In this document: positions 1 to 13,428 of the stretch, piece by piece
Layout of the letters: the number at the start of each line of letters is the position of its first letter
How positions within the stretch are numbered: position 1 is the first letter of the stretch
Program-made: the position numbers and the translations under genes
Origin: Macrostomum hystrix
Taxonomy: Eukaryota; Animalia; Platyhelminthes
Assembly: GCA_950097015.1 (NCBI GenBank)
Contig: CATNEN010000012.1
Location: 3,534,001-3,598,000 of the forward strand
Direction: 5' to 3'
Length of the DNA stretch: 64,000 bases
Notes under the pieces: model-generated
What the model saw: only the letters and a program-made list of their open reading frames with translations
Told to the model about the DNA's origin: nothing
The model's database searches: none

Positions 1-3000
1 GCAGCAGGCTGGCAAAGCTGTGCGAGGATCAGCAGCAGCACCCAAAGCAGCTCTACCATGGCGAGAGCTGCGACTTGGCTCTGGGCCGTTGGCGAAAATT
101 GGCCAAAGATTTTCACCAGGTCGCCGGTAGCCCAGCTACTAATGGCGAGAAATTCGCCTTCTCTAAGGTGCGCAATCAGTCTACGGGTAGATGAATGGGG
201 ATTGATAAGTATAGACAGTGCATTGATAAGTATAGACAGTGGATTGATAAAGAGAGACAGTGGATTGATAAGTATAGACAGTGGATTGATGGGAAGAGAC
301 AGTGGATTGATAAAGAGAGACAGTAGATTGATAAATGGAGACAGTGGATTGATAAAGAGAGACAGTGGATTGATAAAGAGAGACAGTGGATTGATAAAGA
401 GAGACAGTAGATTGATAAAGAGAGACAGTGGATTGATGGGAAGAGACAGTGGATTGATAAAGAGAGACAGTGGATTGATAAATAGAGATAATGGATTGAT
501 AAAGAGAGACAGTAGATTGATAAAGAGAGACAGTAGATTGATGGGAAGAGACAGTGGATTGATAAAGAGAGACAGTGGATTGATGGGAAGAGACAGTGGA
601 TTGATAAAGAGAGACAGTGGATTGATGGGAAGAGACAGTGGATTGATGGGAAGAGACAGTGGATTGATAAAGAGAGACAGTGGATTGATGGGAAGAGACA
701 GTTGACAGATTTCTATCAAATTCATGCTCAAAATTCATCCTTGTTCAGATACCGGACATCTATGACAACATCAAATACGACCTGCTGCACAATCTGGAAG
801 TGTTTGCTGATCTAGCCCAGTCGCGTGAGCTGTACATTCTAGCCAAGAACATGGCGGACATTGTCGTGCCCAGCGAGTACGGCATCACCAGAGAGGAGAA
901 GCTGGCCATTGCTCAGCAGGTCTGCAGTCCGTTGCTACGGAAAATCCTGGCGGACACTCAGTACACCAGCTCACTGGAGTTGGACGACTGCGGCAGCACC
1001 AGGCTTAACACAGAGTGAGTCGCTGCGGCCCCTGAATAATTGAGCCTGTGTGAGTCACTCCTGATAAGACCATAGCCTGAATAATTGAGACTGTGTAGAG
1101 TCACTCCTGATGAGACCATAGTCTGGATAATTGAGACTGTGTGAGTCACTCCTGATAAGACCATAGCCTGAATAATTGAGACTGTGTAGAGTCACTCCTG
1201 ATGAGACCATAGTCTGGATAATTGAGACTGTGTGAGTCACTCCTGATGAGACCATAGCCTGAATAATTGAGACTGTGTGAGTCACTCCTGATGAGACCAG
1301 AGTCTGAATAATTGAGACTGTGTGAGTCACTCCTGATAAGACCATAGCCTGAATAATTGAGACTGTGTGAGTCACTCCTGATGAGACCATAGTCTGGATA
1401 ATTGAGACTGTGTGAGTCACTCCTGATAAGACCATAGTCTGAATAATTGAGCCTGTGTGAGTCACTCCTGATAAGACCATAGTCTGGATAATTGAGACTG
1501 TGTGAGTCACTCCTGATGAGACCATAGTCTGGATAATTGAGCCTGTGTGAGTCACTCCTGATAAGACCATAGCCTGAATAATTGAGCTGGTGTAGAGTCA
1601 CTCCTGATGAGACCATAGCCTGAATAATTGAGCCTGTGTGAGTCACTCCTGATGAGACCATAGTCTGGATAATTGAGACTGTGTGAGTCACTCCTGATAA
1701 GACCATAGTCTGAATAATTGAGCCTGTGTGAGTCACTCCTGATAAGACCATAGTCTGGATAATTGAGACTGTGTGAGTCACTCCTGATAAGACCATAGTC
1801 TGAATAATTGAGCCTGTGTGAGTCACTCCTGATAAGACCATAGCCTGAATAATTGAGCCTGTGTGAGTCACTCCTGATAAGACCATAGTCTGAATAATTG
1901 AGACTGTGTGAGTCACTCCTGATAAGACCATAGTCTGGATAATTGAGACTGTGTGAGTCACTCCTGATAAGACCATAGTCTGGATAATTGAGACTGTGTG
2001 AGTCACTCCTGATAAGACCATAGTCTGAATAATTGAGCCTGTGTGAGTCACTCCTGATAAGACCATAGTCTGAATAATTGAGCCTGTGTGAGTCACTCCT
2101 GATGAGACCATAGTCTGAATAATTGAGACTGTGTGAGTCACTCCTGATAAGACCATAGTCTGAATAATTGAGACTGTGTGAGTCACTCCTGATGAGACCA
2201 TAGCCTGAATAATTGAGCCTGTGTGAGTCACTCCTGATGAGACCATAGTCTGAATAATTGAGACTGTGTGAGTCACTCCTGATGAGACCATAGTCTGAAT
2301 AATTGAGACTGTGTGAGTCACTCCTGATAAGACCATAGCCTGAATAATTGAGACTGTGTGAGTCACTCCTGATGAGACCATAGTCTGGATAATTGAGACT
2401 GTGTGAGTCACTCCTGATAAGACCATAGTCTGAATAATTGAGCCTGTGTGAGTCACTCCTGATAAGACCATAGTCTGGATAATTGAGACTGTGTGAGTCA
2501 CTCCTGATGAGACCATAGTCTGGATAATTGAGCCTGTGTGAGTCACTCCTGATAAGACCATAGCCTGAATAATTGAGCTGGTGTAGAGTCACTCCTGATG
2601 AGACCATAGCCTGAATAATTGAGCCTGTGTGAGTCACTCCTGATGAGACCATAGTCTGGATAATTGAGACTGTGTGAGTCACTCCTGATAAGACCATAGT
2701 CTGGATAATTGAGACTGTGTGAGTCACTCCTGATGAGACCATAGTCTGAATAATTGAGACTGTGTGAGTCACTCTGATAAGACCATAGTCTGAATAATTG
2801 AGCCTGTGTGAGTCACTCCTGATAAGACCATAGTCTGAATAATTGAGACTGTGTGAGTCACTCCTGATAAGACCATAGTCTGAATAATTGAGACTGTGTG
2901 AGTCACTCCTGATAAGACCATAGCCTGAATAATTGAGCCTGTGTGAGTCACTCCTGATCAGACCATAGTCTGGATAATTGAGCCTGTGTGAGTCACTCCT

Positions 3001-6000
3001 GATGAGACCATAGTCTGAATAATTGAGCCTGTGTGAGTCACTCCTGATAAGACCATAGTCTGAATAATTGAGACTGTGTGAGTCCCTCTTGATAAGACCA
3101 TAGTCTGAATAATTGAGCCTGTGTGAGTCCCTCCTGATGAGACCATAGTCTGGATAATTGAGACTGTGTGAGTCACTCCTGATGAGACCATAGTCTGAAT
3201 AATTGAGACTGTGTGAGTCACTCCTGATAAGACCATAGTCTGAATAATTGAGCCTGTGTGAGTCACTCCTGATGAGACCATAGCCTGAATAATTGAGACT
3301 GTGTGAGTCACTCCTGATGAGACCATAGCCTGGATAATTGAGCCTGTGTGAGTCACTCCTGATAAGACCATAGCCTGAATAATTGAGCCTGTGTGAGTCA
3401 CTCCTGATAAGACCATAGTCTGAATAATTGAGCCTGTGTGAGTCACTCCTGATAAGACCATAGCCTGAATAATTGAGCCTGTGTGAGTCACTCCTGATCA
3501 GACCATAGTCTGGACAATTGAGCCTGTGTGAGTCACTCCTGATGAGACCATAGTCTGAATAATTGAGACTGTGTGAGTCACTCCTGATAAGACCATAGTC
3601 TGAATAATTGAGACTGTGTGAGTCCCTCTTGATAAGACCATAGTCTGAATAATTGAGCCTGTGTGAGTCACTCCTGATGAGACCATAGTCTGGATAATTG
3701 AGACTGTGTGAGTCACTCCTGATGAGACCATAGTCTGAATAATTGAGACTGTGTGAGTCACTCCTGATAAGACCATAGTCTGAATAATTGAGCCTGTGTG
3801 AGTCACTCCTGATGAGACCATAGTCTGAATAATTGAGACTGTGTGAGTCACTCCTGATAAGACCATAGCCTGAATAATTGAGCCTGTGTGAGTCACTCCT
3901 GATAAGACCATAGCCTGAATAATTGAGCCTGTGTGAGTCACTCCTGATCAGACCATAGTCTGGATAATTGAGCCTGTGTGAGTCACTCCTGATGAGACCA
4001 TAGTCTGAATAATTGAGACTGTGTGAGTCACTCCTGATAAGACCATAGTCTGAATAATTGAGACTGTGTGAGTCCCTCTTGATAAGACCATAGTCTGAAT
4101 AATTGAGCCTGTGTGAGTCCCTCCTGATGAGACCATAGTCTGGATAATTGAGACTGTGTGAGTCACTCCTGATGAGACCATAGTCTGAATAATTGAGACT
4201 GTGTGAGTCACTCCTGATAAGACCATAGTCTGAATAATTGAGCCTGTGTGAGTCACTCCTGATGAGACCATAGCCTGAATAATTGAGACTGTGTGAGTCA
4301 CTCCTGATGAGACCATAGCCTGGATAATTGAGCCTGTGTGAGTCACTCCTGATAAGACCATAGCCTGAATAATTGAGCCTGTGTGAGTCACTCCTGATAA
4401 GACCATAGTCTGAATAATTGAGCCTGTGTGAGTCACTCCTGATAAGACCATAGCCTGAATAATTGAGCCTGTGTGAGTCACTCCTGATGGGACCAGAGTC
4501 TGAATAATTGAGCCTGTGTGAGTCACTCCTGATAAGACCATAGTCTGAATAATTGAGCCTGTGTGAGTCACTCCTGATAAGACCATAGCCTGAATAATTG
4601 AGCCTGTGTGAGTCACTCCTGATAAGACCATAGTCTGAATAATTGAGCCTGTGTGAGTCACTCCTGATAAGACCATAGCCTGAATAATTGAGACTGTGTG
4701 AGTCACTCCTGATAAGACCATAGCCTGAATAATTGAGCCTGTGTGAGTCACTCCTGATAAGACCATAGTCTGAATAATTGAGACTGTGTGAGTCACTCCT
4801 GATAAGACCATAGCCTGAATAATTGAGCCTGTGTGAGTCACTCCTGATAAGACCATAGCCTGAATAATTGAGCCTGTGTAGAGTCACTCCTGATGAGACC
4901 ATAGTCTGGATAATTGAGACTGTGTGAGTCACTCCTGATCAGACCATAGTCTGGATAATTGAGACTGTGTGAGTCACTCCTGATAAGACCATAGTCTGGA
5001 TAATTGAGCCTGTGTGAGTCACTCCTGATAAGACCATAGTCTGGATAATTGAGACTGTGTGAGTCCCTCCTGATGAGACCATAGTCTGAATAATTGAGCC
5101 TGTGTGAGTCACTCCTGATCAGACCATAGTCTGGATAATTGAGACTGTGTGAGTCACTCCTGATAAGACCATAGTCTGGATAATTGAGACTGTGTGAGTC
5201 ACTCCTGATAAGACCATAGTCTGGATAATTGAGCCTGTGTGAGTCACTCCTGATAAGACCATAGTCTGAACAATTGAGACTGTGTGAGTCACTCCTGATA
5301 AGACCATAGTCTGAATAATTGAGCCTGTGTGAGTCACTCCTGATAAGACCATAGTCTGAATAATTGAGACTGTGTGAGTCACTCCTGATAAGACCATAGT
5401 CTGGATAATTGAGACTGTGTGAGTCACTCCTGATAAGACCATAGTCTGAATAATTGAGCCTGTGTGAGTCACTCCTGATAAGACCATAGCCTGAATAATT
5501 GAGCCTGTGTGAGTCACTCCTGATAAGACCATAGTCTGAATAATTGAGACTGTGTGAGTCACTCCTGATAAGACCATAGTCTGGATAATTGAGACTGTGT
5601 GAGTCACTCCTGATAAGACCATAGTCTGGATAATTGAGACTGTGTGAGTCACTCCTGATAAGACCATAGTCTGAATAATTGAGCCTGTGTGAGTCACTCC
5701 TGATGAGACCATAGTCTGAATAATTGAGCCTGTGTGAGTCACTCCTGATGAGACCATAGTCTGAATAATTGAGACTGTGTGAGTCACTCCTGATAAGACC
5801 ATAGTCTGAATAATTGAGACTGTGTGAGTCACTCCTGATGAGACCATAGCCTGAATAATTGAGCCTGTGTGAGTCACTCCTGATGAGACCATAGTCTGAA
5901 TAATTGAGACTGTGTGAGTCACTCCTGATAAGACCATAGTCTGAATAATTGAGCCTGTGTGAGTCACTCCTGATGAGACCATAGTCTGAATAATTGAGAC

Positions 6001-9000
6001 TGTGTGAGTCACTCCTGATAAGACCATAGTCTGAATAATTGAGCCTGTGTGAGTCACTCCTGATGAGACCATAGTCTGAATAATTGAGACTGTGTGAGTC
6101 ACTCCTGATAAGACCATAGCCTGAATAATTGAGCCTGTGTGAGTCACTCCTGATAAGACCATAGCCTGAATAATTGAGCCTGTGTGAGTCACTCCTGATC
6201 AGACCATAGTCTGGATAATTGAGCCTGTGTGAGTCACTCCTGATGAGACCATAGTCTGAATAATTGAGACTGTGTGAGTCACTCCTGATAAGACCATAGT
6301 CTGAATAATTGAGACTGTGTGAGTCCCTCTTGATAAGACCATAGTCTGAATAATTGAGCCTGTGTGAGTCACTCCTGATGAGACCATAGTCTGGATAATT
6401 GAGACTGTGTGAGTCACTCCTGATGAGACCATAGTCTGAATAATTGAGACTGTGTGAGTCACTCCTGATGAGACCATAGCCTGAATAATTGAGACTGTGT
6501 GAGTCCCTCCTGATCAGACCATAGTCTGAATAATTGAGCCTGTGTGAGTCACTCCTGATAAGACCATAGTCTGAATAATTGAGCCTGTGTGAGTCACTCC
6601 TGATGAGACCATAGCCTGAATAATTGAGCTTGTGTGAGTCACTCCTGATGAGACCATAGTCTGAATAATTGAGCTTGTGTGAGTCACTCCTGATGAGACC
6701 ATAGCCTGAATAATTGAGCCTGTGTGAGTCACTCCTGATGAGACCAGAGTCTGAATAATTGAGACTGTGTGAGTCACTCCTGATGAGACCAGAGTCTGAA
6801 TAATTGAGACTGTGTGAGTCACTCCTGATGAGACCATAGTCTGAATAATTGAGCCTGTGGGAGTCACTCCGGATGAGACCAGAGTCTGAATAATTGAGAC
6901 TGTGTGAGTCACTCCTGATGAGACCATAGTCTGAATAATTGAGACTGTGTGAGTCACTCCTGATGAGACCATAGTCTGAATAATTGAGCCTGTGTAGAGT
7001 CACTCCTGATGAGACCAGAGTCTGAATAATTGAGCCTGTGTGAGTCACTCCTGATGAGACCAGAGTCTGAATAATTGAGCTTGTGTGAGTCACTCCTGAT
7101 AAGACCATAGTCTGGATAATTGAGACTGTGTGAGTCACTCCTGATGAGACCAGAGTCTGAATAATTGAGCTTGTTTGAGTCACTCCTGATAAGACCATAG
7201 TCTGGATAATTGAGACTGTGTGAGTCACTCCTGATAAGACCATAGTCTGGATAATTGAGCCTGTGTAGAGTCACTCCTGATGAGACCATAGTCTGAATAA
7301 TTGAGCCTGTGTGAGTCACTCCTGATGAGACCATAGTCTGAATAATTGAGCCTGTGTGAGTCACTCCTGATAAGACCATAGTCTGAATAATTGAGCCTGT
7401 GTGAGTCACTCCTGATAAGACCATAGTCTGGATAATTGAGACTGTGTAGAGTCACTCCTGATAAGACCATAGTCTGAATAATTGAGCCTGTGTGAGTCAC
7501 TCCTGATGAGACCAGAGTCTGAATAATTGAGACTGTGTGAGTCCGTCCTGATCAGACCATAGTCTGAATAATTGAGACTGTGTGAGTCACTCCTGATGAG
7601 ACCATAGTCTGAATAATTGAGCCTGTGTGAGTCACTCCTGATGAGACCATAGTCTGAATAATTGAGCCTGTGTGAGTCACTCCTGATAAGACCATAGCCT
7701 GAATAATTGAGACTGTGTGAGTCACTCCTGATAAGACCATAGTCTGGATAATTGAGACTGTGTGAGTCACTCCTGATGAAAATGATGCTTTTTACTGTAA
7801 TTGAAATCCATGTACATAAATGTAACTTTCAGTTTGACTGATAGCTCAGACGATCGCATCAGGCGTCAAATGTAAGCCTGGCTAACCAGTGAAATTTGCT
7901 TGCAATGACAAAAATCATTAGCATACTACTAACTTAGTGAGTAGCACAACAATACGACTTACTAGACTGGTTAATCAGAAATCTCAGAAAAATTTGTTCA
8001 TGAATGAGATTGAAATAAACAACTTCTTCTAGTGTCTTTCTACTAGTGGCATAAATTTACATTATATGAAATTTATTTTATTTTCCGTACTAACTTCAAC
8101 TCTATCTGATCCCACAAAGCATCATCTGATCCCTTATCTAATCCTACCTGACCCCTTATCTATAAATCCTTCCTGATCCCCTATCTCATCCTACCTGACC
8201 CCTTATCTATAAATCCTTCCTGATCCCCTATCTCATCCTACCTGACCCCTTATCTATAAATCCTTCCTGATCCCCTATCTCATCCTACCTGACCCCTTAT
8301 CTATAAATCCTTCCTGATCCCCTATCTCATCCTACCTGACCCCTTATCAAATCCTACCTGATCCGCTATCTAATCCTACCTGACCCCTTATCAAATCCTA
8401 CCTGATCCCCTATCTAATCCTACCTGATCCGCTATCTAATCCTACCTGACCCCCTATCAAATCCTACCTGATCCCCTATCTAATCCTACCAGATCCGCTA
8501 TCTAATCCTACCTGATCCGCTATCTAATCCTACCTGATCCCCTATCTAACCCTACCTGACCCCTTATCTAATCCTTCCTGATCCCCTATCTAATCGTACC
8601 TGATCCCTTATCAAATCCTACCTGATCCGCTATCTAATCCTACCTGACCCCTTTTCTAATCCTACCTGATCCCCTATCTAATCCTACCTGATTCGCTATC
8701 TAATCCTACCTGACCCCTTATCTAATCCTTCCTGATCCCCTATTTAATCGTACCTGATCCCTTATCAAATCCTACCTGATCCCCAATATAATCATACCTG
8801 ATCCCTAATATAATCCTACCTGATCCCTTATCTAATCCTACCTGATCCCTTATATATTTCTAATCCTACCTGATCCCCTATCTAATCCTACCTGACCCCT
8901 TATCTAATCCTTCCTGATCCCCTATTTAATCCTACTTGACCCCTTATCTAATACTTCCTGATCCCCTATCTATTTCTAATCCTACCTGATCCCCAATCTA

Positions 9001-12000
9001 ATCCTACCTGATCCCTTATCTATTTATAATCCTACCTGATCCCTTATATATTTCTAATCCTACCTGACCCCTTATCTAATCCTTCCTGATCCCCTATTTA
9101 ATCCTACCTGACCCCTTATCAAATCCTACCTGATCCCAATCTAATCCTTCCTGATTCCCTATCTAATCCTACCTGATCCCCTATCTAATCCTTTCTGACC
9201 CCCTATTTAATCGTACCTGATCCTTTATCTAATCCTACCTGATCCCCAATCTAATCATACCTGATCCCTAATATAATCCTACCTGATCCGCTATCTAATC
9301 CTACCTGATCCGCTATCTAATCCTACCTGATCCGCTATCTAATCCTACCTGACCCCTTATCTTATCCTTCCTGGTCCCCTATTTAATCGTACCTGATCCC
9401 TTATCAAATCCTACCTGATCCCCAATCTAATCATACCTGATCCCTAATATAATCATACCTGATCCCTTGTCTAATCCTACCTGATCCGCTATCTAATCCT
9501 ACCTGATCCGCTATCTGATCCTACCTGATCCGCTATCTGATCCTACCTGATCCACTATCTAATCCTACCTGACCCCTTATCTTATCCTTCCTGGTCCCCT
9601 ATTTAATCGTACCTGATCCCTTATCAAATCCTACCTGATCCCCAATCTAATAATACCTGATCCCTAATATAATCCTACCTGATCCCTTATCTAATCCTAC
9701 CTGATCCCTTATCTAATCCTACCTGATCCCCAATCTAATCATACCTGATCCCTAATATAATCCTATATGATCCCTTATCAAATCCTACCTGATCCCTTAT
9801 CTAATCATACCTGATCCCTAATATAATCATACCTGATCCCTTATCTAATCCTACCTGATCCCCTATCTAATCCTACCCGATCCCTTATCTAATCCTACAT
9901 GATCCCCTACCTAATCATACCTGACCCCTTATCTAATCCTTCCTGATCCCCTATCTATTTCTAATCCTACCTGATCCTCAATCTTATCCTACCTGATCCC
10001 TTATCTTATCCTACCTGATCCCAATCTAACCCTTCCTGATTCCCAATCTAATCCTACCTGGTCCCCTATCTGTTTTCACCTGGCCCCTATATGATAAAGT
10101 CTTGTCTAATCCTTCCTGAGCCCAGTCAACTCCCCCCTGACCTCCATCTGATCCCAATCTGCAAGCAACCCAATCTCCATTCCACTCCGCCAGCTATTCT
10201 CTAAACGTAGCCTCACCGGAGCGGTTCGTGCGCACCCGGCTGTACTTCACTTCCGAGTCGCACCTGCACACCCTGCTGGCGGCGCTGCGCTTCGGCGGGC
10301 TGGCCGAACCCGCCTCAGACGAGCAATGGGCCAGGGCTTTGGAGTTCTGCGACGCGGTGCCAGAGCTGGGCTACCTCACCCAGATTGTCTTCATGATCTA
10401 CGAGGATCCCACTCAGGACACCGGCTCGCAAGGTCGCTACCATGTCGAGCTGCACCTGTCGCCTGGAAATGTCTACCGCGGCCTGCCGCCGTCTGGCGAC
10501 GAAGACCCTGACGGCGAAGTTCGGGACGCTGACGCAACGCCGACAGCGCCGCCGCCGCCGCCACCGCCATCGCCACCGCCACCGCCACCGCCACCGCCGC
10601 CGCCGCCGCCGCAGAAGCAGCCGTCGCCGTCAGTTCTGCGCGTTGGCCGCTTCGAGATGTCGCGCACAACGGAGCCGCCCGTACAGAAACAGCCGCTTTT
10701 GCTGCCATCCAGCTCGATAGACATCAACAGCGGTGAGAGAAGCACTTTCTGGGATGCGAGTTTCTTGATACTTGGAAATTTAAAACTCTTGAAGTTTTTA
10801 CTCTTGACAGTAGAAAGATCATGGGGATATTTCAAATACTTTCTGCCAACTCCACGATAGCTCCCAAGCCGAACGACCGATTCTCGTGAAAGTTAACCAT
10901 CTGAATCTAAATTTTCCGCTCTTTATGATGAAATAACTTTTAAAGCTGTCCGATTCAGCATCGTCAAGATGGCGAATCTCTATGGGGATCCAAGTCAATC
11001 CAAAATAGTCAACGAGAATTGTTGACTATCTTGATGACGACGATGTTTGCCAGCCGATGTCTGTTCAGTTTCAGCTGGCTGAACTGAAGCTCAAACCGTA
11101 GCTTGCCAGCTGCTTTTAAGATGATAACAAACGCTCTGAAGGTACGCTTCCTTCCTTCAGGCGGAGGCATGCGACCGCGGCAGAACACCTGGTCACACCA
11201 GCAGGGACGCCAGCGGACTAGAACGCCACAGGCGGATGAGTCAGCCATAGCAGATGCCAAGCAGCAGCAGCAGCAGTCTTTGCTGACGCCACAGCAGCAA
11301 GAACAGCAGCAGCAGCAGCAGCAACGAACCATCAGCGAAAATGACACGAAGCCGGATACCTCGCTAGTCTATGGCACCTATCACGGTTCGGCCGATTTTC
11401 GGCGCATCTTCAGCAACATCAGCCTGAAATGCCTTCTGAGACCAGGTCAGTGAGACATCTCTCCTGTCTTCTGATTACATTTTTTTCGTTCTAAGAATCG
11501 TTGACTTTGACTCAGAAGATAGATAAGATATAGACAGATAGGATACTCGTAGATATAAAAATAGGACCAGATGTGCGTCCAACTGTCCAGTCCATGGACT
11601 GGGAAATCGATGCCTAGTACCCATTTCACAGCAGGATAAACTGAGGCAACAGAGAATTAAGCGTCTGGCTCTGCATAGATACTAGGCTACAAGTTCTCTT
11701 AAATGGGCGTGAAAGATTTCGATAAAGGAGCTCCTCACCCCTTCTCACCACATCCAAGCTCCAACAGCGGGCGCCGAGTCCAGACACCTCATCTCCACCA
11801 GCCTGATTCGCGGCTCCGATCCCGACTTTTATCCGATCGCCGCGGACAACGACGCGCTATTCTCCTTGCCAACACTGCCGAGCGTCGCCACTTTCGCTAC
11901 GGCGCCTTCGCCGACACCGGAGACTGCCGACGGCGGAGGCGGCGAACAGACTAGCCAGCTGGCCACGGCGCCCCGGGTGCCGGAGATTTACCCGCTCGAG

Positions 12001-12120
12001 ACGCTGCACAACTCGCTGACTCTGCACCAGCTGGAGACGTTTCTGCACACCTTCACCAGCGGTCGGGTGCGAACTCCGTGCACCAGCAGGAGCCAGTCCT
12101 GCAGATCCGACACTGCCTGA
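1..12120 (+). CDS. PPIP5K: Inositol hexakisphosphate / diphosphoinositol-pentakisphosphate kinase (PPIP5K/VIP1), 3' portion with phosphatase-like domain; the gene starts upstream of the window
   Basis: Exons: <1-167 ([21 protein letters not shown]...FSK), 749-1014 ([15 protein letters not shown]...[14 protein letters not shown]), 10194-10732 ([28 protein letters not shown]...FMIYEDP...HVELHLSPG), a less certain exon ~11109-11445, and 11759-12120 ([19 protein letters not shown]). These motifs match PPIP5K family sequences as I recall them. GT-AG borders and phases are consistent for the first three exons. Confidence 0.95.
199..703. repeat. Intronic minisatellite, 21 bp unit GGATTGATAAAGAGAGACAGT, ~24 copies
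   Basis: Direct reading; it fills most of PPIP5K intron 168-748. Confidence 0.95.
1032..7779. repeat. Intronic minisatellite, 45 bp unit GTGTGAGTCACTCCTGAT(A/G)AGACCATAGTCTGAATAATTGAG(A/C)CT, ~150 copies
   Basis: Direct reading; 15-aa periodicity in the ORF track; starts ~17 nt after the donor at 1015. Confidence 0.98.
8100..10130. repeat. Intronic minisatellite, ~22 bp unit CTTATCTAATCCTACCTGATCC, degenerate
   Basis: Direct reading; it ends shortly before the acceptor at 10193. Confidence 0.95.
11570..11670 (-). mobile_element. CORE-SINE-like fragment
   Basis: The minus strand reads CTCTGTTGCCTCAGTTTATCCTGCTGTGAAATGGGTAC, similar to the MIR/CORE consensus, followed by the palindrome CCAGTCCATGGACTGG shared with the element at 44590. 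Confidence 0.6.
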
Positions 12121-13428
12121 CAGCTTGAGTCTACTAGACTTCACAATGGAGATTTATTCATTAGGAACAAAATCATTTGCACCTGAGCGTATACCCATAA
12201 ATTAACTAACCAATTCTCCAAGATTTCTAACCAATTGTTTAGTCTTTCCACGGAAACTGAAACCCTAAAGCCAAAGCCAGTTCATAACGTGCCCTACCTA
12301 AGTATTAATAATCCCTATTTTGCTGCTCTGAATCTAATACGAGCGTAATGTGCTATTTTTTTTTATTGCAGCTGCTTACGTAACTTGGTATTCTAACCCA
12401 AATTAATTTGTGGATTAAAGTGCGAACCGTATTATCAGAATAAAATAATCTCAGGCTAAAAGCGACTAGAAGGTAATAAACTTTCGAGCTATAATTGTCT
12501 TGAGCTATAATACTTTATGGTGCAAGAAAATAAATAAACTGCTTCAATCTAAAAAAAATTAAAAAATTACAAACATTTAAAATGTATCCTAGGAGCCACA
12601 GAAATTGTTTATTATTATAAATAAATACAAGTACTAGTATCTCCGGTACTATAGGAGACGAGGACGAGAGACGTAGTATAAGTAGTAAAATTGTACTTAT
12701 ACTACAGTGGCCCTTGTCAATTGCAGACGTAATAGACCAAAAGTACAGCGGTTGTTTATAAGTATTCGTTTTATAATTTCATATGCTAGAAACATAACAA
12801 AACTGAACAAAAATATATGCAAATGATAATTTGAAACGAGAAAAACCATGAACAGGCAAACATTTATCTTAATTGATTTGATTTAACTTAAACTGCCTGA
12901 TTACGAAAAAAGAGCCCTGCATACAATTCTGTGCAACAAATGAATCTAAACACTTACCAAGAACAACAAAGACTGGATGTTGCGCAATACTTTACTTTAA
13001 CAATAAAACTGTTAACTTGTTAATTCTCAGTTAGGCTAGGGAACGCAAAATTTCGTGCTGTTACATGGGTTGCTATAAAAATGCGTAAATTAGCAAACTT
13101 AAATTCTTTACAATCCATTATTATTTATAAAATTTTGACAGCCTAAAAATTAAAGAAATTTGATTACTAAAACCGTTTTTTCTCACGAATTGTTTCGGCT
13201 TTACATCAATCTTATTAGTAAGATATTGTTATACTAGGTGATTGAGCGAAATTAAAAAAATGGCTCAGATTCGAGTACAACGAGGACGCACTTTCGGATC
13301 GACTTTGCTGCTTAGTATCCACGAAATCTATCAATAAAATTTAGAAGCAAAAACACATGGACATGTAAGCGCTCAATTTGTGCTTTATTTTCTCAACAAA
13401 GACTGAAGTGTACGCCAAAATAGCTGAT

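Noticed and set aside
1055-7770. Very long ORFs (up to 1126 aa) on the minus strand
   Set aside because: They are stop-free readings of a 45 bp tandem unit (a multiple of 3) inside a well-supported intron, with no domain content.
10959-11009. Possible small PPIP5K exon after GATTCAG
   Set aside because: It reaches a stop within 17 codons and has only a weak donor; it would exclude the conserved PLETLHN segment.
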